From NCBI GenBank assembly GCA_949372645.1, contig CASIAP010000009.1, positions 65,107 through 129,106 of the forward strand: a DNA stretch of 64,000 bases, in the 5' to 3' direction. The stretch is from Candidatus Poseidoniaceae archaeon (GTDB taxonomy: Archaea > Thermoplasmatota > Poseidoniia > Poseidoniales > Poseidoniaceae). This document shows, in pieces, positions 60,756-64,000 of this stretch. The notes below the pieces were generated by a model, which made no database searches, was not told where the DNA came from, and was given only the letters and a program-made list of their open reading frames with translations. The translations under genes were made by a program, and so were the position numbers. Numbering within the stretch: the stretch's first letter is position 1; every line of letters begins with the position of its first letter.

Positions 60756-61070
60756 ATGTCTATATCTTCTGTGAAGGAAACTTTCGCACAAGCGAAGAAG
60801 ATGGGTTTAGAACTAAGTTCTGATGGGAAATCGTGGGTTCCAGTTGAGGAACTTGTCGTTAAATTACCTCCAGAGAAACATAAACAAGTTCGAATTAGCG
60901 TGAACAAGAATAAAGGAGATTCAACATGGTTACAATGGATATTTCAAATTGGAATCGTCGCCTTACTCCTTGTAATCATTGGCACCTTTATCGCAGCAAG
61001 GTTGATTTACGAGATGGTTATCTTCTTTATGCTATTTATTTCAAGTCTAGGTGGCTCAGCATTCGGTTAA
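60756..61070 (+). CDS. Small membrane protein
   Basis: 104 aa, long C-terminal hydrophobic region, AT-rich context. Confidence 0.55.
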   Translation: MSISSVKETFAQAKKMGLELSSDGKSWVPVEELVVKLPPEKHKQVRISVNKNKGDSTWLQWIFQIGIVALLLVIIGTFIAARLIYEMVIFFMLFISSLGGSAFG

Positions 61071-61161
61071 AAAACAAGCCAAAAAGACTGTTTAAAAAAA
61101 GTCAACAATTCCGCCAAAAAAATTATTCAAAGGGATAAAAAAGAAATTCAAGAAATAATTG

Positions 61162-61246
61162 ACGTACACAAGGGGACCCGTTGTATACGTATACAGCCAC
61201 AAGGGTACCGTTGAAGTCGCCCGTGTCTACAACGGGCCCCTTATGT
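61162..61246. repeat. Cluster of imperfect palindromes/inverted repeats with core AAGGGG(A)CCCGTTG
   Basis: ACGTACACAAGGGG-A-CCCGTTGTATACGT (12/14 arm match), CACAAGGGTACCGTTG, and inverted TACAACGGGCCCCTT. Confidence 0.7.
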
Positions 61247-61479
61247 TCGCTGACTTATGCAGAAACACATATATCAATCATAATCTAGGATAATACATGG
61301 GTTTGTCCATAAACCCAAGAAAAGAGGAACTCCCTATCTGAGAACTCTTAATGGGTCATATACAACGCTAGCATGAGCAAACCAGAGATTAGATATTGAT
61401 GAATCGGTCACTTCACTAGAGTTATCATAATACGCTTAAACCTCTTAGATTGTTTGTGGCCCGAGTCCTCTATAACGGA

Positions 61480-62280
61480 ATGACCTTGCCCGGTTCAGGA
61501 AGTTCTCCAAAGAATTGGTGGTGGACTTCAGGTATTTGTTTTGGCCTTTTTCTGTTTTTTGTTATGATTGATGGGACGCTTGAGTCCTCAGATAGTGGCT
61601 ATGAAATACCAGGCTCTTGGGTGAATGATGGATTCGAGGACTGTAATGATGGTAGTGATGAAACATACGGAGGTTTGTATTACAGCGATACTTTCACCTG
61701 CGATCAAACATCAACGTCCGGCAATGCTGCATTTGCCTTCCTTGGAACGGGGAGTTGCTGTTTTTCTGTGATTGCTGGCATAGTTGCTCTTTCGATTGGC
61801 AATTCTAAACAAACTGTTATTGTTCAACAAATGCCTCAAATGTATGCTCCTCAGCCGATTATTCAACAGGTTATTCACCAACCAGTCCAACAAGCACCAC
61901 GAGGGCAAATGCCTATCCAACAGCGCCCTCCTCAACAAGCACCACGAGGGCAAATGCCTATCCAACCGCGCCCTCCAAAACCCACTGTAAACCCTCAAGG
62001 ATTTGCACAACAAGCAAAGAATCTCGAAATGGCAAGAGATTTCCAGGGAGCTGCAGACATGTTCCAGAAAGCAGGATTATTTGCAGAGGCTGGAAGAGTG
62101 CGTCAAAAATTCCTTGAGAAAGAGGACAAACCAGTTGTTCAGATCGGACAAGTCGGCAATTCAGTGGTCCAAGACTCAGTGATTATGGGCAGTTCCCCTC
62201 AACCGAATATCTGTAATGGATGTAATTCTTCAATCCAACCGGACTGGAAGTTTTGCCCAAGCTGTAATGCCCCAATTTGA
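61480..62280 (+). CDS. Two-TM protein with LDL-receptor-class-A-like loop, Gln/Pro linker, helical hairpin and C-terminal zinc ribbon
   Basis: IPGSWVNDGFEDCNDGSDE between TMs; CNGC-x9-CPSC at C-terminus. Confidence 0.75.
   Translation: MTLPGSGSSPKNWWWTSGICFGLFLFFVMIDGTLESSDSGYEIPGSWVNDGFEDCNDGSDETYGGLYYSDTFTCDQTSTSGNAAFAFLGTGSCCFSVIAGIVALSIGNSKQTVIVQQMPQMYAPQPIIQQVIHQPVQQAPRGQMPIQQRPPQQAPRGQMPIQPRPPKPTVNPQGFAQQAKNLEMARDFQGAADMFQKAGLFAEAGRVRQKFLEKEDKPVVQIGQVGNSVVQDSVIMGSSPQPNICNGCNSSIQPDWKFCPSCNAPI
61888..61977 (+). repeat. 45-bp in-frame tandem duplication (QQAPRGQMPIQxRPP x2)
   Basis: Units start at 61888 and 61933 and differ at 2 of 45 positions. Confidence 0.9.
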
Positions 62281-62428
62281 ACAACTGGCTTATACTCTCT
62301 TCAGTTCAAAGTGAAAATTGGAGCCATAGCGAGGTTGTTGCTGCATACCATTGGAAAGAGAACCGACTGAAGGTGTTTGAGTTTTTGTCGGCTCAATCTT
62401 TAACAACCAAAAATATCTATCGATTCTT

Positions 62429-64000
62429 ATGCAGGTCTTCTACTCGAACAAGATTCTACTCGGTGCTGCTACCTTTTTACTACTCATCAATGTAACATTC
62501 TTACCAATGGTTTTCACGAGTGCGGTCCCTGATGCAGTGGAAGAAAATTTTGCTACCTTTCCTCTCGATTCTGCCTGTGGTGATGACGGAAACTGCGACA
62601 GCGTCGAAGATTCGTGGGCCACAACGACTGTAACTCGTGATTATTATGCCTGGGATTTAGCGAATTTAGAAGACGTGTTAGCAGAGGGTGCTGAGCCAAG
62701 ATATGTGGAAAAAGGCCCTTATACCTATGAAATAACATCGGAAAAAACCCTCTTAGAACATGATGAACAGAACGGTGAACTCACCTATAATGTTGTCAAA
62801 AGTTACCGCTGCTCCACCGAGAGTACCAACTCTTGTGATGAGGATTTGACTCAATTGAATATTCAGTTTCGACCACAATTAATTGGCGCGACTGGAACGG
62901 CATTCAGAGGCATCATGGATTTGACGAAAGTTGGTTTTTCAAGTGGAATGATGAATCAAGATTTGAATACAACTCAAGCCGGAATTGCTACTGCAGCGTT
63001 CATTGAATCGATGACCAGTACCGTTGGAGGGGCAGGTTTTGGCTCGTATTCATACGCAGCATTAACTGCAGCCGAAGCCGTTGGGCAAGTGAGCGTATTG
63101 TTGCCAAATACCCTTGATGGAAACATATTGCCAATAGCGAACTTCTTGGGAGGTCTCGATAAAGCACTGAATTCTTCATTCCATCCATCAGATCCTCTGT
63201 TTGATATTTCATTACTGAATGATTTGGGCCCAGTAGCCTTTGTTTCAATGGGAGAACCAGATGCATTATTATCAGAACTTGAAGCAAACCCAACCAATTC
63301 AATCTCGGTCAAACGAGCGAGAGCTTACGGCTACTTGGCTGCTGAAATGGTTGATACGGATGGTGATGGTTTGGACGACTCAGAAAGCATTGATTATGCT
63401 CAAACGCTGATTCGAGATTGGGCATTATATGTTGGAATTGGTTTTGAATTTCAATCGAATGGTGGAGGCTCGCCATACACCGATAGTGATGATATTGCTG
63501 ACCGTTTGAATAATTTATTTGGGATTGATTTCTCCGATGTTGACTGTCTAAATTTGATGCTGAATGGTGATGGAACCAGTAGCCCACTTGGTTTGTTAGC
63601 TACAAATTCAGGAGGGACGGGATTTGGATTAAGCAAATTTTTAGAATTATCATCATCTGAAGCAATGTCGGCTTTTGGTTTAAGTCAAGACCAATACGAT
63701 GTGATAACCCCTTGGGCAAATGGCTGGTCGAACTCCACCTCTTCACTTCAAATGGCTTTACTTGGAGGTAATGGTACACTCAATGCCAAGCAATTTGTCA
63801 ACACAAGTTTTGGTGCTCAAGATCCAATCGGTGGTGGTTTTCTGCAGTACAGTTTGAATCAGGGTGGTGATTGGGGTTCGCAGAATTCGATTCCTGACAT
63901 TGCACTCACCCCTGAACAATCGGCTGAAATATTGTATGGGCCAATGGGTCTGACCACAACGGATGGAGCACTGTTCTTCCTTTACGGTGAATTGTCCGGT
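62429..64000 (+). CDS. Large membrane protein with CD36/scavenger receptor class B-like N-terminal region (partial, runs off window, not in ORF track)
   Basis: Manual translation is open for 524 codons: MQVFYSNKILLGAATFLLLINVTFLPMVF...DYYAWDLANLEDVLAEGAEPRYVEKGPYTYE...NGELTYNVVKSY...DEDLTQLNI. Confidence 0.75.
   Translation, partial: MQVFYSNKILLGAATFLLLINVTFLPMVFTSAVPDAVEENFATFPLDSACGDDGNCDSVEDSWATTTVTRDYYAWDLANLEDVLAEGAEPRYVEKGPYTYEITSEKTLLEHDEQNGELTYNVVKSYRCSTESTNSCDEDLTQLNIQFRPQLIGATGTAFRGIMDLTKVGFSSGMMNQDLNTTQAGIATAAFIESMTSTVGGAGFGSYSYAALTAAEAVGQVSVLLPNTLDGNILPIANFLGGLDKALNSSFHPSDPLFDISLLNDLGPVAFVSMGEPDALLSELEANPTNSISVKRARAYGYLAAEMVDTDGDGLDDSESIDYAQTLIRDWALYVGIGFEFQSNGGGSPYTDSDDIADRLNNLFGIDFSDVDCLNLMLNGDGTSSPLGLLATNSGGTGFGLSKFLELSSSEAMSAFGLSQDQYDVITPWANGWSNSTSSLQMALLGGNGTLNAKQFVNTSFGAQDPIGGGFLQYSLNQGGDWGSQNSIPDIALTPEQSAEILYGPMGLTTTDGALFFLYGELSG

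Noticed and set aside
61162..61246. Integron attC site or canonical ORB
   Set aside because: AAC/GTT cores are in the wrong order for attC, there is no TTCCAGTGGAAAC-like ORB core, and no cdc6 or integron integrase lies in the window.
62974..63636. Several minus-strand ORFs at the window end
   Set aside because: Shadows of the long plus-strand ORF that starts at 62429.

Overview
Gene-dense archaeal chromosomal window. Topo VI A/B, TFB, Sec61beta, archaeal phosphopantothenate synthetase and THEP1 NTPase sit beside bacterial-type rnhA, ribD, nadC and an A1-type heme-copper oxidase, and there are many acidic membrane-anchored proteins. This mix best fits Marine Group II Euryarchaeota (Ca. Poseidoniales); the taxonomy is my inference. 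I see about 57 CDS, one tRNA-Ser(TGA), and no rRNA, CRISPR array or IS element. Several genes are broken by apparent indels, mostly single extra bases and densest at 41.6-44.1 kb, probably sequencing or assembly errors. Repairing them reveals a DUF167 gene and a Cox1 fused to a secreted Reeler/choice-of-anchor-V-like CxCH domain. Main candidates for novelty: (1) an ORF missing from the track (62429 to window end) with a CD36/scavenger-receptor-B-like N-terminus, directly downstream of an LDL-receptor-class-A-motif membrane protein; (2) a cox operon in which Cox1, Cox2, Cox3 and Sco all carry extra domains, including two transcobalamin/DUF4430-like repeats and an EGF-like module inside Sco; (3) a non-canonical TT[G/C]A promoter box at -29 to -31 from many start codons, shared bidirectionally by two divergent gene pairs; (4) a membrane-anchored SAP-domain protein and an H1-like protein near xerA; (5) a cluster of GC-rich palindromes in an AT-rich gap at 61.1-61.3 kb. 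All family calls come from motif recognition by eye; no database search was run.
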